From: an uncultured Flavobacteriaceae bacterium
Lineage (GTDB): Bacteria; Bacteroidota; Bacteroidia; Flavobacteriales; Flavobacteriaceae
Direction: 5' to 3'
Length of the DNA: 64,000 nucleotides
Assembly (NCBI GenBank): GCA_964275595.1
Contig: CAXYDM010000025.1
Span: 15,069-79,068 of the forward strand
How positions within the stretch are numbered: the first letter of the stretch is position 1; the number at the start of each line of letters is the position of its first letter. The notes beneath the pieces were generated by a model that had not been told where the DNA came from, did not search any database, and was given only the letters and a program-made list of their open reading frames with translations. Shown piece by piece: positions 28,630 to 40,300 of the stretch. A program made the position numbers and the translations under genes.

Positions 28630-31527
28630 ATGAAAAAAATTACTCAAAAATTTACTAATTCAATTTGGCGTAGCTGTTTTGTTGCTATGACTTTATTGTT
28701 TAGCTCAACAATTAATTCTCAAGATTTATCTCTTCAGGGAATTATTGATTTTACGGTCCCATCTGGTGGTAATGATGGAAAAGCACTTCATGTAATTGCT
28801 AACGCTGATATAGCGAATTTAAGTCTTTATGGAATCGGTGTTGCAAATAACGGAGGTGGAACAGATGGTCAAGAATACACATTTCCAGCTGTTTCAGTTT
28901 TAGCGGGAGACAACATTATTATTGCTAGAACTCCTAGTGCTATTGCATCATATTTAGGAGTTGATGTAGCTACTATTATTGAATCAAATACTTCCATTAG
29001 TCAAAATGGAGATGATGCTATTGAACTTTATTTTAATTCCGAAGTTGTTGAAACTTATGGAGATATTGATACTGACGGTTCCGGAGAATCATGGGAATAT
29101 TTGGATTCATGGGCTTACAAAGTTGATGGAGCTTGGACTTACGGAGGTGTAAATTGCACTGACGGTTCTGATGATTCTGCTTCATCTAACTGTCCTTATC
29201 CTTACACAGGTGCTTATACAGTAGGTACTGAAGTTTCATCTGAAACCTTTAATGTTACTTTTTCTGTAAACACTGCAAATATTACTGTTGGAGAAAACGG
29301 AATGTATGCTGGTGGAGGAGTTTTAGGAGGTGCAAATGCATACGCTATGTCTGATGACGATGGTGATGGCACTTGGACGGTTACTATAGCTTTAAATGAA
29401 GGCACTACAGGAAATTATATTTTCTTAAATAGTCCAACTTCTGACAGTGATTGGGGAGCTAAAGAAAATTTAGCTGGTCAAGAATGTGCTGACCCGAACA
29501 ATTACGATGATAGAATTTTAGACCCTGTAACTGCTGATACAACTTTATTACATTGTTTTGGAAGTTGTGAGACTGACGGATCTTGTCCTAGTCAACTTTC
29601 TTTGATGTAACATTTTCTGTAAATACAGCAAATATTACTGTTGGAGAAAACGGAATGTATGCTGGTGGTGGTGTCCTTGGTGATGCTCAACTGCTTATGC
29701 AATGTCTGATGATGACGGAGATGGCACTTGGACAGTTACTGTTTCTTTAGTTGCAGGTACTGTCAGGTAACTACACTTTCTTAAACAGTCCAAACGATGG
29801 TGGCGACTGGGGAGCTAAAGAAAATTTAGCTGGTCAAGAATGTGCTGATGAAAATAACTACAATGATAGAATTTTAGCAGAAGTTACTGCTGATACAACT
29901 TTATTACATTGTTTTGGAAGTTGTGAGACTGACGGAACTTGTCCATCAACTTTCTATGATGTAACATTCTCTGTAAATACTGCAAATATTGACTGTTGGA
30001 CCAAACGGTATGTACGCAGGTGGTGGTGTCCTTGGTGATGCTCAAGCTTATGCGATGTCTGATGATGATGGAGATGGTACATGGACAGTTACTGTATCTT
30101 TAGTTGAAGGAACTGTAGGTAACTACACTTTCTTAAACAGTCCAAACGATGGTGGCGACTGGGGAGCTAAGGAAGATATTTCTGGTCAAGAATGTGCTGA
30201 TGGTAATAACTACAATGATAGAATCTTAGCAGAAGTTACAGGTGATATTACTTTATTACATTGCTTTGGTACTTGTGATACAGATGGAACCTGTTCAGCT
30301 TTAGCAGTTGATTCATTCCCTTACTGTTCAAGCTTTGATGCTGACTTAGGAGATTGGACTGCTGAATCAGTTTCAGGAGATACTAGCTGGTCATCAGCTG
30401 CATCTAACTATAATGGGTCAGTTGTTCCTTTATCGGGAGCTGGTATGGCTTACTTATATGATAACAGTTCTGTTTCTAACTTAGTTTCATTACCTATGGA
30501 TATTTCATCATTAGCTTCTCCACAAGTAACATTTAGTTACGCACAACCTGTTTGGGCTGGAGATCAAGATGAATTAAGAGTATGGTATAAAGCTGCAGCA
30601 GGAGACGAATGGTCTCAGATTGCAGAATATACTGCTGATACTCAAGCATGGGAAACTGTAACTTTAGACTTACCTAATGCAAGTAGTGATTACTACTTAG
30701 CCTTTAATGGTACTGCAGGATATGGATATGGATTAACGATTGATGATGTTTGTGTTGCTACTGCTGGTGTATCTAATGAAGAGTTATTAGCGTTCTTAGG
30801 ATCAGGATCTTGGAGATCAGAAGCTGAAACAGCTGGTCATATAGGAGTTGGTCCAAGTGGTTCAACAAATGCTGAATGGTGGAATGCAAATGCTTATGAT
30901 AAAGCAGATACTGGTCTTTACGATGACAGATGGTCATTTGCTGACGGTGTATTAACTGTAGATACAGGAGATGATGGAGCAATATTTGGTAAGAAAGCAG
31001 AAATTGATGCTGCCTTCCCAGACAATACTCCATACGATGCTGATAATGGTGATAATGAGTACTTGTATTACATTCAAGATGACTATACAGATACTTTTGT
31101 TGCAGATGCTACAAATAACACTATTACATTTGCTACAAATGGTAACTTAGGTTTCTTTACTTCGGTAGCTGGACAAGAATTCCAGATACTAGAGACTACA
31201 GATAACACTGTATATTTAAGAAATGTTGGATCAGAAGGAAATGCTTGGTACAATAGATTAACAACAGCAGATGCATTATCTACTGTTGATGCTATGGTAT
31301 TAGATATGAGAATTTATCCAAACCCTTCAAACGGAAGTTATGTAACAATACAAACACCAGTAAATGGTGTGAAGTATGTTGAGGTATTTGATATCACTGG
31401 AAAGCGATTAATCAATACATCATTAAGTGCAGATACTTTAGATGTTAGTTCAATGAGTTCAGGAATGTACTTAGTGAAAGTAACAGTTGAAGGACAAAGT
31501 AAAACATCTAAATTAATTATTAGATAA
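28630..31527 (+). pseudogene. T9SS-sorted multidomain glycan-binding/adhesin-like protein (gene A), reading frame broken by 4 indels inside its tandem repeat
   Basis: Track fragments 28564..29610, 29751..30038 and 29989..31527. Signal peptide MKKITQKFTNSIWRSCFVAMTLLFSSTINSQ starts at 28630. Domains: LTD-like module (ISQNGDDAIELY...WEYLDSWAYKVDGAWTYGG), 3x CBM-like module (AYAMSDDDGDGTWTV), MAM/choice-of-anchor-J-like module (SFPYCSSFDADLGDWT...TIDDVCV), an unassigned beta-rich module, and a T9SS type A C-terminal sorting domain (RIYPNPSNGSYVTI...GMYLVKV...KLIIR). Indels at ~29593 (-1), 29691-29692 (+2), ~29764 (+1) and 29991 (+1). Confidence 0.8.
29248..30297 (+). repeat. 3 tandem coding repeats of ~351-354 bp (117-118 aa CBM-like module)
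   Basis: Unit starts at 29248 (TTTAATGTTACT), 29601 (TTTGATGTAACA) and 29955 (TATGATGTAACA). Long near-identical runs such as TGGGGAGCTAAAGAAAATTTAGCTGGTCAAGAATGTGCTGA and ACAACTTTATTACATTGTTTTGGAAGTTGTGAGACTGACGGA. Confidence 0.9.
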
Positions 31528-31543
31528 TTTAACTTTAACCAAT

Positions 31544-31581
31544 AAAAAAGCCGCTCTATTAATTTAGAGCGGCTTTTTTTT
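31544..31581. terminator. bidirectional rho-independent terminator
   Basis: AAAAAA GCCGCTCTA-TTAATT-TAGAGCGGC TTTTTTTT between gene A (+) and the convergent TIGR03643 gene (-). Confidence 0.8.
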
Positions 31582-31618
31582 AATTAAATTTTTAACAGGC
31601 TAATTAAAATATTTTTAT

Positions 31619-31903
31619 TTATCGTTTACTAATTCTATTTCCACTAATAGCTTTTTGTCGACTACATTTAAATCTATTAATTTCTGGGTTTCTCTTTTTT
31701 AAATGCTTTTGGCTAACTCCACTATTCACTCTTTTTCTCCATCTTTTAAAGCTTGACTCTTTAAGGGTAGCTCGCATTAATTTAATAACATCTTTTTCAG
31801 CTAGTTTAAATTGAAATAAAATTGCTTCAAATGGAGTTCTGTCTTCCCAGGCCATTTCAATTATTCTATCTAATTCAACTTCTGTAAATTCAAATTTCAT
31901 CAA
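31619..31903 (-). CDS. TIGR03643 (DUF2805) family protein
   Basis: 94 aa; IIEMAWEDRTPFEAILFQFKL.E.DVIKLMR...FKRWRKRV signature. Confidence 0.7.
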   Translation of the reverse strand: MMKFEFTEVELDRIIEMAWEDRTPFEAILFQFKLAEKDVIKLMRATLKESSFKRWRKRVNSGVSQKHLKKRNPEINRFKCSRQKAISGNRISKR

Positions 31904-32025
31904 ACTGCAATTATATTAAGAATTCCAAAAATATAAAATAAATTAACGTACCACTTTTTTTTAACTAAATGTTATGACATTGTTAATTGCATCTTTTATT
32001 AATATAATTGTGGTTTATTTGCAAT

Positions 32026-33240
32026 ATGAAAAATGATGTAATCATTATTGGAGGTGGAGCAGCAGGTTTTTTTTCAGCAATTAATATTGCAATTCTTAAC
32101 CCAAAACTAAATATTGTTATTTTAGAAAGAGGAAAGGAAGGTTTACAAAAAGTTAAAATATCAGGGGGCGGACGTTGTAACGTAACTCATGGGGAATTTA
32201 CTCCGTCATCACTAACGCTTAGCTACCCAAGAGGAGAAAAAGAGCTTCTAGGACCTTTTCACCAATTTATGACAGGAGATACAATGCAATGGTTTGAACA
32301 AAGAGGTATTGAACTAAAAATTGAAGAAGATGGAAGAGTGTTTCCAGTTTCTAATAATTCACAAACAATTATAGATTGTTTTTTAAGTGAAGTAAAAAGA
32401 TTAAATATTAAAGTATTGTATAATCACTCAGTGAAATCTATTTCTTTAGAAAATAATGAATGGTTAATAAATACGGGCAATCAAAATTTTAATTGTTCTA
32501 AGCTTTTAGTAGCAACTGGAAGTAATCCTAAAATTTGGAATCTTATGGATCAATTAAATCATACAATAATTAACCCTGTTCCTTCCCTTTTTAGTTTTGA
32601 TATTAACGATAGTAGAATCAAATCCATTCCAGGAGTTGTTGTAGAAGATGTAGATATTAAGGTGATTAATTCTAAATTATCATCTGATGGTCCGCTTTTA
32701 ATTACACATAAAGGAATGAGCGCTCCATCAATTTTAAAACTTTCTGCATTTGGAGCATTAGAATTTGAATCACTAAATTATCAGTTTGATATTTCTATTA
32801 ATTTTGTGAGGATTACTTATTTAGACTGTCTATCTGAACTAAAGCTAATTAAAAACAATATGTCAAAAAAAATGGTAGTTAACACCCCTCATTTTGGATT
32901 ACCTAAAAGACTTTGGAAAGAGCTAGTTATTTATTCACAAATTGATAATAAGTCAATATGGGCTGATTTAAATAAAAATCAATTAAATCTGCTTTCGTCT
33001 CAGTTAACATCGTCAATTTTCAAGGTCAAAGGAAAAAGTACTTTTAAAGAAGAGTTTGTGACAGCAGGAGGAGTAGATTTGAAAGAAATTAACTTTAAGA
33101 CATTTGAAAGTAAAATTCATAATAATTTATTTTTTGCGGGTGAAGTTTTAAACATTGATGCGATTACTGGAGGATATAATTTTCAGAATGCATGGACTGG
33201 AGCCTACATAGCCTCAAAATCAATATCTGGAGTTAGTTAG
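32026..33240 (+). CDS. BaiN/RdsA (HI0933-like) NAD(P)/FAD-dependent oxidoreductase
   Basis: ATG at 32026 gives MKNDVIIIGGGAAGFFSA; SGGGRCNVTH; C-terminal FAGEVLNIDAITGGYNFQ. The track TTG at 32008 is less likely. Confidence 0.8.
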   Translation: MKNDVIIIGGGAAGFFSAINIAILNPKLNIVILERGKEGLQKVKISGGGRCNVTHGEFTPSSLTLSYPRGEKELLGPFHQFMTGDTMQWFEQRGIELKIEEDGRVFPVSNNSQTIIDCFLSEVKRLNIKVLYNHSVKSISLENNEWLINTGNQNFNCSKLLVATGSNPKIWNLMDQLNHTIINPVPSLFSFDINDSRIKSIPGVVVEDVDIKVINSKLSSDGPLLITHKGMSAPSILKLSAFGALEFESLNYQFDISINFVRITYLDCLSELKLIKNNMSKKMVVNTPHFGLPKRLWKELVIYSQIDNKSIWADLNKNQLNLLSSQLTSSIFKVKGKSTFKEEFVTAGGVDLKEINFKTFESKIHNNLFFAGEVLNIDAITGGYNFQNAWTGAYIASKSISGVS

Positions 33241-33277
33241 GATGTTTTTTTTAAATTTAACCTAAAATATATAACAT

Positions 33278-35411
33278 ATGAAATCTTTAATTTTATCTTT
33301 GGCATCCATTTTAATATTTTCTTGTAATAATAAATCTCTTAATAAAAATATGTCTGAGTTTAATCACCCACCAAAAGTAAAACAGATTCCCAAAGAATTA
33401 AAGATTCACGGAGATGTAAGAATAGATGAGTTTTACTGGTTAAATGATAGAAAAAACCCAGAAGTTATAGATTACCTTAATAAAGAAAACGATTACTATA
33501 ACTTAGAAACAGAACATACAAAAATCTTTCAAAAAGATTTATTCCAGGAAATGAAATCAAGAATTAAAAAAGATGACATGTCAGTTCCATACAAGTTTAA
33601 TGGATACTGGTACATTACAAAATTTGAAAAAGGTAAAGATTACCCAATTTACATTAGAAAAAAAGAAAGTTTAGATTCTAAAGAAGAACTTCTATTTGAT
33701 TGTAATATAATGGCAAAAAATCATTCATACTTTAGATTAGTAGGTCTTAATGTTAGTCCCAATAATCAATATGTTTCTTATGGGATTGATACAACCGGAA
33801 GAAGACAGTATAAACTTTTAATAAAAGATATTAAATCTAATAAAGTTTTTAAAGAAGAAGTATGGAACACTACTGGTGGAAGTACTTGGGCTAATGATAA
33901 TAAAACTTTATTTTATGTACTTAAAAGATGAGACTACCCTAAGATCGGAAGCTGTATATAAGCATCGTTTAAATAGTAGTCCAGATGAGGATGAGTTAGT
34001 ATATGAAGAAAAAGATGATACTTTTGGGGTTGGGATATATAAAACAAAATCTCAAAAATATTTAGTTATTTCTAGCTATAGTACTTTAACTTCTGAACAT
34101 AAGATTTTAAATGCCAATACTCCAGATGGAATTTTTAAAGTATTTCAATCCAGGGTAAAAGGTTTAGAATATAGTATATCTCACTTTGAAGATGCTTTTT
34201 ATATAGTTTCAAATACAGATAATGCACAAAATTTTAAGTTGTCAAAAACTTCAGAAAAAAACACGGAAAAAACTAATTGGATAGATGTTATACCTCATAG
34301 AGAAAATGTATTGCTTGAGGGAATAGATATTTTTAAAGATTTTTTAGTTATTTCTGAAAGAGAAAACGGTTTAAATAAAATTAAAATATCAAGATGGGAT
34401 AATTCTTCCAGCTATTATCTTCCATTTAATAGTGAAACCTATACAGCTTACACAACAACAAATATTGATTTTGAAACTTCTAAACTTCGCTATAGCTATC
34501 AATCTTTAACAACACCTTCATCTGTCGTAGAGTTTGATATGATTACAAAAGAAAAAAAGGTTTTAAAAGAACAAGAAGTTTTAGATGTTAATTTTAACAA
34601 GGAAAATTACATTTCAAAACGTTTATGGGCCAGTGCATCTGATGGTACAAAAATACCAATATCATTGGTTCATCATAAAAACACTAAAATAAATTCTAAT
34701 ACTCCTTTGTTGCAATATGCTTATGGATCTTATGGATCGACGATTGACCCTTATTTTTCAACAGTTCGATTAAGTTTATTAGATAGAGGTTTTGTGTATG
34801 CCATTGCCCACATAAGAGGGGGAGAGTACATGGGTCGCCAATGGTATCAGAATGGTAAATTATTTAAAAAGAAAAATTCATTTACTGATTTTATTGATAC
34901 TTCCAATTTTTTAATTGAAAATAACTATACTAGCCCTAAACATCTATACGCAATGGGTGGAAGTGCTGGTGGATTATTAATGGGTGCAGTTATAAATATG
35001 GCACCTGATCTTTACAATGGGGTAGTTGCACAAGTGCCTTTTGTAGATGTTGTTACAACAATGTTAGATGAGGAAATTCCTTTGACAACAGGTGAGTACG
35101 ATGAGTGGGGTAACCCAAATGATAAAGAATATTATGAATATATGTTATCTTATTCTCCATATGATAATATATCAAATAAAAATTATCCTAATTTATTAGT
35201 TACGACTGGGCTTTATGATTCACAAGTGCAATATTGGGAGCCGGCTAAATGGGTAGCTAGATTAAGAAAATTATCAAATAACACTTCAAAGTTATACTTA
35301 CACACCAATATGGATGCTGGTCATGGGGGATCTTCAGGCCGTTTTGAATCGTTAAAAGAGATTGCGTCTGTTTATGCTTTTATTTTCGACCTTGAATCAA
35401 TAATAAAATAA
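33278..35411 (+). pseudogene. ptrB: S9A prolyl oligopeptidase family (oligopeptidase B-like) lipoprotein, one frameshift
   Basis: Fragments 33278..33931 and 33876..35411. Lipobox LIFSC. Catalytic GGSAGGLLMG and DAGHGG. The frames join as ...WANDNKTLFYVLKDETTLRSEAVY if one A is removed from the A4 run at 33923-33926. Confidence 0.8.
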
Positions 35412-35417
35412 ATAATT

Positions 35418-35567
35418 TTATTTTTTATTTTTTTTATTAAAAGTTTTATCTCCTCGAGTTTTTGGTTTTTTATATTTAGCTGCTATTTTAAATTTATAAG
35501 AACCTCCTTTATTTTTCTTGCTATTTTTTTTTGACTTTTCGTGTGTATTTCCAGATTTAGAACTCAT
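35418..35567 (-). CDS. 49-aa lysine-rich small ORF (speculative)
   Basis: Not in the track. ATG at 35567, MSSKSGNTHEKSKKNSKKNKGGSYKFKIAAKYKKPKTRGDKTFNKKNKK, TAA at 35418-35420. Low-complexity A/T-rich DNA, so it may be a chance ORF. Confidence 0.2.
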   Translation of the reverse strand: MSSKSGNTHEKSKKNSKKNKGGSYKFKIAAKYKKPKTRGDKTFNKKNKK

Positions 35568-35701
35568 GATATTTTTAAATAGTTATTATAAACAATTGTA
35601 TTTTTATTATATTTGTAATTCGGATTGCCAAACCCGAATAATTGGTTGTTAGTTTTCTTTTTTAGGATAACTTTCAACCTTTTATTATTTTAAAATATCA
35701 T

Positions 35702-37261
35702 TTATTCTAATATTTTAATAGCTGCTTCTGCACATCTCTCTCCGTCCATTGCTGCAGAAACAATTCCACCCGCATAACCACCCCCTTCACCACAAGGAAA
35801 TAATCCTTTAATATTAATGTGTTCTAAATTAATATTTCTTGGAATATTAATTGGAGATGAAGTCCTCGATTCTACTCCAACTATATTAGCTTGTTCTGTG
35901 TAATAACCATTCATTTTTCTACCAAATTCTTTAAATCCTTTTCTTAACCTGCTTCCAATTATCTTTGGCAATAAAGAGTGAAGCGGTGCTGATTTCAAAC
36001 CTGGTTGATAAGAGCAATCATTTAGATTTGTAGATAATTTACCTTCAACAAAGTCAGTAACACGTTGAGCTGGTGCTGTTTGAGATCTTCCGCCTGCGTA
36101 ATATGAAATTTTCTCTAAATCTTTTTGAAATTCTAAACCTCTCAAAGGGCCATATTCTTCATATTTTTTAAAATCTTTATCAATGTCTAATTCAACTACA
36201 ATACCAGAATTGGCAAATTTATTATTTCTTCTAGAAGGTGACATTCCATTTACAACGACTTCTTCAGAATCTGTTGCAGCAGGCACAATAAAACCGCCAG
36301 GACACATACAAAAGGAGTATACTCCTCTTTCATTAACTTGCTTTACCAAGCTGTAAGCAGCAGCAGGAAGTAATGAATCTCTTTCACCATTACAGTTGTA
36401 TTGAATTTGATCTATAATTTGTTGAGGATGTTCTACTCTAACTCCCATAGCAAATGACTTTGCTTTTATTGATATATTTTTTTTATGAAGTAAATTATAA
36501 ATATCTCTTGCTGAGTGCCCAGTAGCAAGGATAACACTGTTTACATTTAATTCTTGCATATTTTCTAATCTAATAGCCTTTTAATTTATTTTCAGAAATA
36601 ACAAAATCTATTACTCTGAATTAAAATGAATTTCGCCACCAAATTTTATAATTGTTTCTCTAATTTTCTGAATTATTTTAGGTAGTTTATTTGTTCCAAT
36701 GTGAGGATGAGCATCAATTAAAATTTGTTCTGTTGCACCATGGTAAACTAAACTTTCAAAAATCCTTCTAACATCTCCTCTTTTTAATGAGCGTGTATAT
36801 AATTTTCCATCCGAGTATGTTCCTGCACCTCCTTCTCCAAAACAATAATTGGAGTCTTTGTTAACAATATGTTCTTGATTTATAGCACGTATATCTCTTC
36901 TTCTATCTTGTACATTTTTACCTCGTTCTAAAACAATTGGTTTATAACCTAATTCTAAACACCTCAGTGCGGCATACATTCCAGCTGGTCCAAATCCTAT
37001 AATATGAATTTCTTTAGATTTTGATACATCTTTATATTCAAATTTGTAGTTATATTTCTCAGAAATTGATTCATTTATGTAAACGGCAACCTTGTAATTA
37101 AAAATCGTTTCTTTTTTACGAGCATCGATAGATTTACGTAATACTTTGATTGCAGATATTTCCTCAATATTAATATCTAGTTTTTTGGAAGCTTTATATG
37201 TAAGAATATCTTCTTTTTTTTCTTCAATAAGATTTATTCTTAGCTGAATTTCTTTAATCAT
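35702..37261 (-). pseudogene. FAD-dependent protein (COG2509-like oxidoreductase), two nearby indels
   Basis: Fragments 36611..37261 (IHIIGFGPAGMYAA, GEGGAGTYSDGKL) and 35702..36559 (VILATGHSARD...CPGGFIVPA...GEGGGYAGGI). Both fragments are in the same frame, but the 50-nt linker has three in-frame stops. The linker reads as homolog-like RVIDFVISENKLKG in a shifted frame. Confidence 0.75.
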
Positions 37262-37376
37262 AGTGTAAAAGTATGGAAATTATATAGATAGATTAAATAT
37301 TAAAATTTAGATTTATTTATTGATAATATTTATTTTTTTCTTTAATTTTAAAACAAACTATAAATTATATATTATT

Positions 37377-40300
37377 ATGAAAAACTTGAAACTTTATTTA
37401 GTTTCTCTAGTGATCTTTTTCTCATATTTTTCAACTATGGGTCAAGAAAAAGGAGATAACAAACAAAAATCCCCAATTGATACAGCATTAAATGGGTTTC
37501 AATTTAGAAGTATAGGACCAGCATTTATGTCTGGTAGAATTTCTGATATTGCAATAGATCCGAACAACGAAAATATTTGGTATGTTGCGGTATCTTCTGG
37601 TGGCACATGGAAAACAGAGAACGCTGGAACTACGTGGCAACCCTTAACGGATAATCAACCTTTTTTTGCTACAGGTTGTATAACTATTGATCCAAACAAT
37701 TCAGCATCTATATGGTTAGGGACTGGAGAAAATGTTGCAGGAAGACATATTGGAATAGGACATGGTATTTACCATAGTTTAGATGGAGGTAAAACATGGA
37801 AAGATATGGGTTTAAAAAAATCCGAACATCTTTCTAAAATAATAATTCACCCAGATAATTCTGATATAATTTGGGTCGCTTCTCAAGGACCATTGTGGAG
37901 TTCAGGTGGAGAAAGAGGTTTGTTCAAATCTACAGATGGAGGTAAAACTTGGAAGAATAATTTAGAAATTAATGAGTGGACTGGAGTTACAGACTTAGTT
38001 ATCGATCCAACTAATCCAGATATTCTTTATGCTGCTAGCTGGCAAAGACATCGTAATGTTGCTGGATTAATTGATGGTGGACCAGGTACTGCACTTTATA
38101 AAAGTAAAGATGGTGGAGATACTTGGTTCAAAATTAATAAAGGATTACCTAGATCTAATATGGGTAAAATCGGATTGGCTATTTCTCCTATAAATCCTAC
38201 AGTTTTATATGCCGCAATTGAACTAGATAGACGTGAAGGTGCTGTATATCGCACATCAAATAGTGGTGGAAGTTGGACCAAAATGTCTAATACAGTTTCA
38301 GGGGGTACAGGACCTCATTATTACCAGGAATTAGTTGCATCTCCACATGAATTTGATAAAATATATTTAATGAATGTTCGTGTACTAGTTTCTGATGACG
38401 GTGGTAAGAACTTCTATCAGATGAAAGAGTCTCAAAAACATTCTGACAATCATTCATTAACTTTTAAACAAAATGATCCTAATTACATGTTAATAGGAAC
38501 TGATGGTGGAATCTATGAATCTTTTGATAATTCAAAAAACTGGAAATATGTTTCCAATTTACCACTTACTCAATTTTATAAATTAGCGGTTGATGATGCG
38601 GAGCCTTTTTATAATATTTATGGCGGAACTCAAGATAATAACACTCAAGGAGGACCTTCAAGAACTTTTAAAAGAAACGGAATAAGCAATGATGATTGGT
38701 ATGTTGTTTTAGGGAGGAGATGGTCATCAGCCAGCTACAGAGCCAGGTAATCCAGACATTATGTATGCTCAATCTCAACAAGGTTATATTAATAGAATTG
38801 ATAGAACTTCAGGTGAGGCAGTAAATATTAGGCCTCACGAAGGAATAGATGAACCATATGAAAGGTTTAATTGGGATGCTCCTATACTTGTTAGTCAACA
38901 TGATCCTAAACGACTTTATTTTGGTACTCAAAGAGTTTGGAGGTCTGAAAATAGAGGAGATAGTTGGTCTACGATTTCATCAGATTTAACAAAAAATGAA
39001 GAAAGACTTAGTCTACCAATTATGGGTAGAGTTCAGAGTTTTGACAATGCTTTAGATGTTTATGCAATGTCTACTTATAATACAATAACATCTTTATCAG
39101 AATCTAAAACTAATGAAAACGTTCTTTACGCAGGAACAGATGATGGTATTATACAATATACAAGAGATGGAGGTGATAACTGGTCAAAGATGACTGTCGA
39201 TGAATTACCAGAAGTTCCAGCCTCGGCTTTTGTAAATGATATAAAAGTAGATTTACATGACGATAATATTGCATACGTAGCCTTGGATAATCATAAGTTT
39301 GGTGATTATAGTCCTTACCTATATAAAACAATAAATGGAGGTAAAAAATGGAAGCCAATAGTAAATGGACTTCCTGATGGTACATTGGTATGGCGTTTGG
39401 TGCAAGATCATGTAAATCCTAATCTACTATTTTTAGGTACAGAGTATGGTGTATATGTAAGTTTGAATCAAGGAGATAAATGGCATAAATTTTCAAACGG
39501 TTTACCTACAATCTCTATTAGAGATCTTGCTATACAAAAACGTGAAAATGATTTGGTTTTAGCTACTTTTGGAAGAAGTTTTTATGTTTTAGATGATTAC
39601 AGTCCTCTAAGAGATATGACAGAAGATAACCTTAATAAAGAGGCATTTTTGTTTTCAACAAGAAAAGCACTTCAGTATAATCAAATAATGGGTGGCTCTG
39701 GAAGTTCAGGAGGATCTACTTATGTTGCCGAAAACCCTAAATATGGGGCTACTATTACTTATCATTTATCTGAAACTCCTCATGTTTCGCTTAAAGAGAA
39801 ACGTCAAAAAATGGAGAGAAAATTAAAAGATTCTGATATTCCATTTCCTGGTTGGGAAGCATTAGATAGAGAGATTAGTGAAGCTAAAGTTGAAGCTATT
39901 TTAATGATTACAGACAATAATGGTAATTTGGTAGATCAGATTTCTGGACCACTTAGAAAAGGAACTCATCGAGTTACATGGAGTCTTAGAACCTCTAAAT
40001 CGACAACGGTTAATGTTGCTCAATCTTCCTCTAGCAGAGGTAGATGGGGTAGACGATCTGGTGGAATGGTATCACCAGTAGATCCTGGTTTATATCAAGT
40101 AACTCTTTATAAAAGAGTAGGAGGAGACTTAACTCAATTATCTGACCCTGTTAGTTTAGAGGTTGAACGTATTCGTGAAAATGTACTAACAAACCCTAGT
40201 GCGGATAAGCACAAAGAATACAGCAGTTGCAGCTTGCAGAATTAACAACCTCTATTAACAAGTCGTCGCATGTTTTTATGAAGGCTATGGCACGTGTTGC

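Noticed and set aside
29248-30297. Could the regular repeats be a CRISPR array or a non-coding satellite?
   Set aside because: The period is ~352 bp with no short repeat/spacer alternation. The repeat encodes a conserved Cys-containing protein module inside a larger gene. I noticed no cas genes and no other short direct-repeat array in the window.
35621-35645. Hairpin ATTCGG-ATTGCCAAAC-CCGAAT downstream of the FAD-protein gene as a terminator
   Set aside because: It has only a 6-bp stem and a 10-nt loop, and no U-tract on the relevant (minus) strand.
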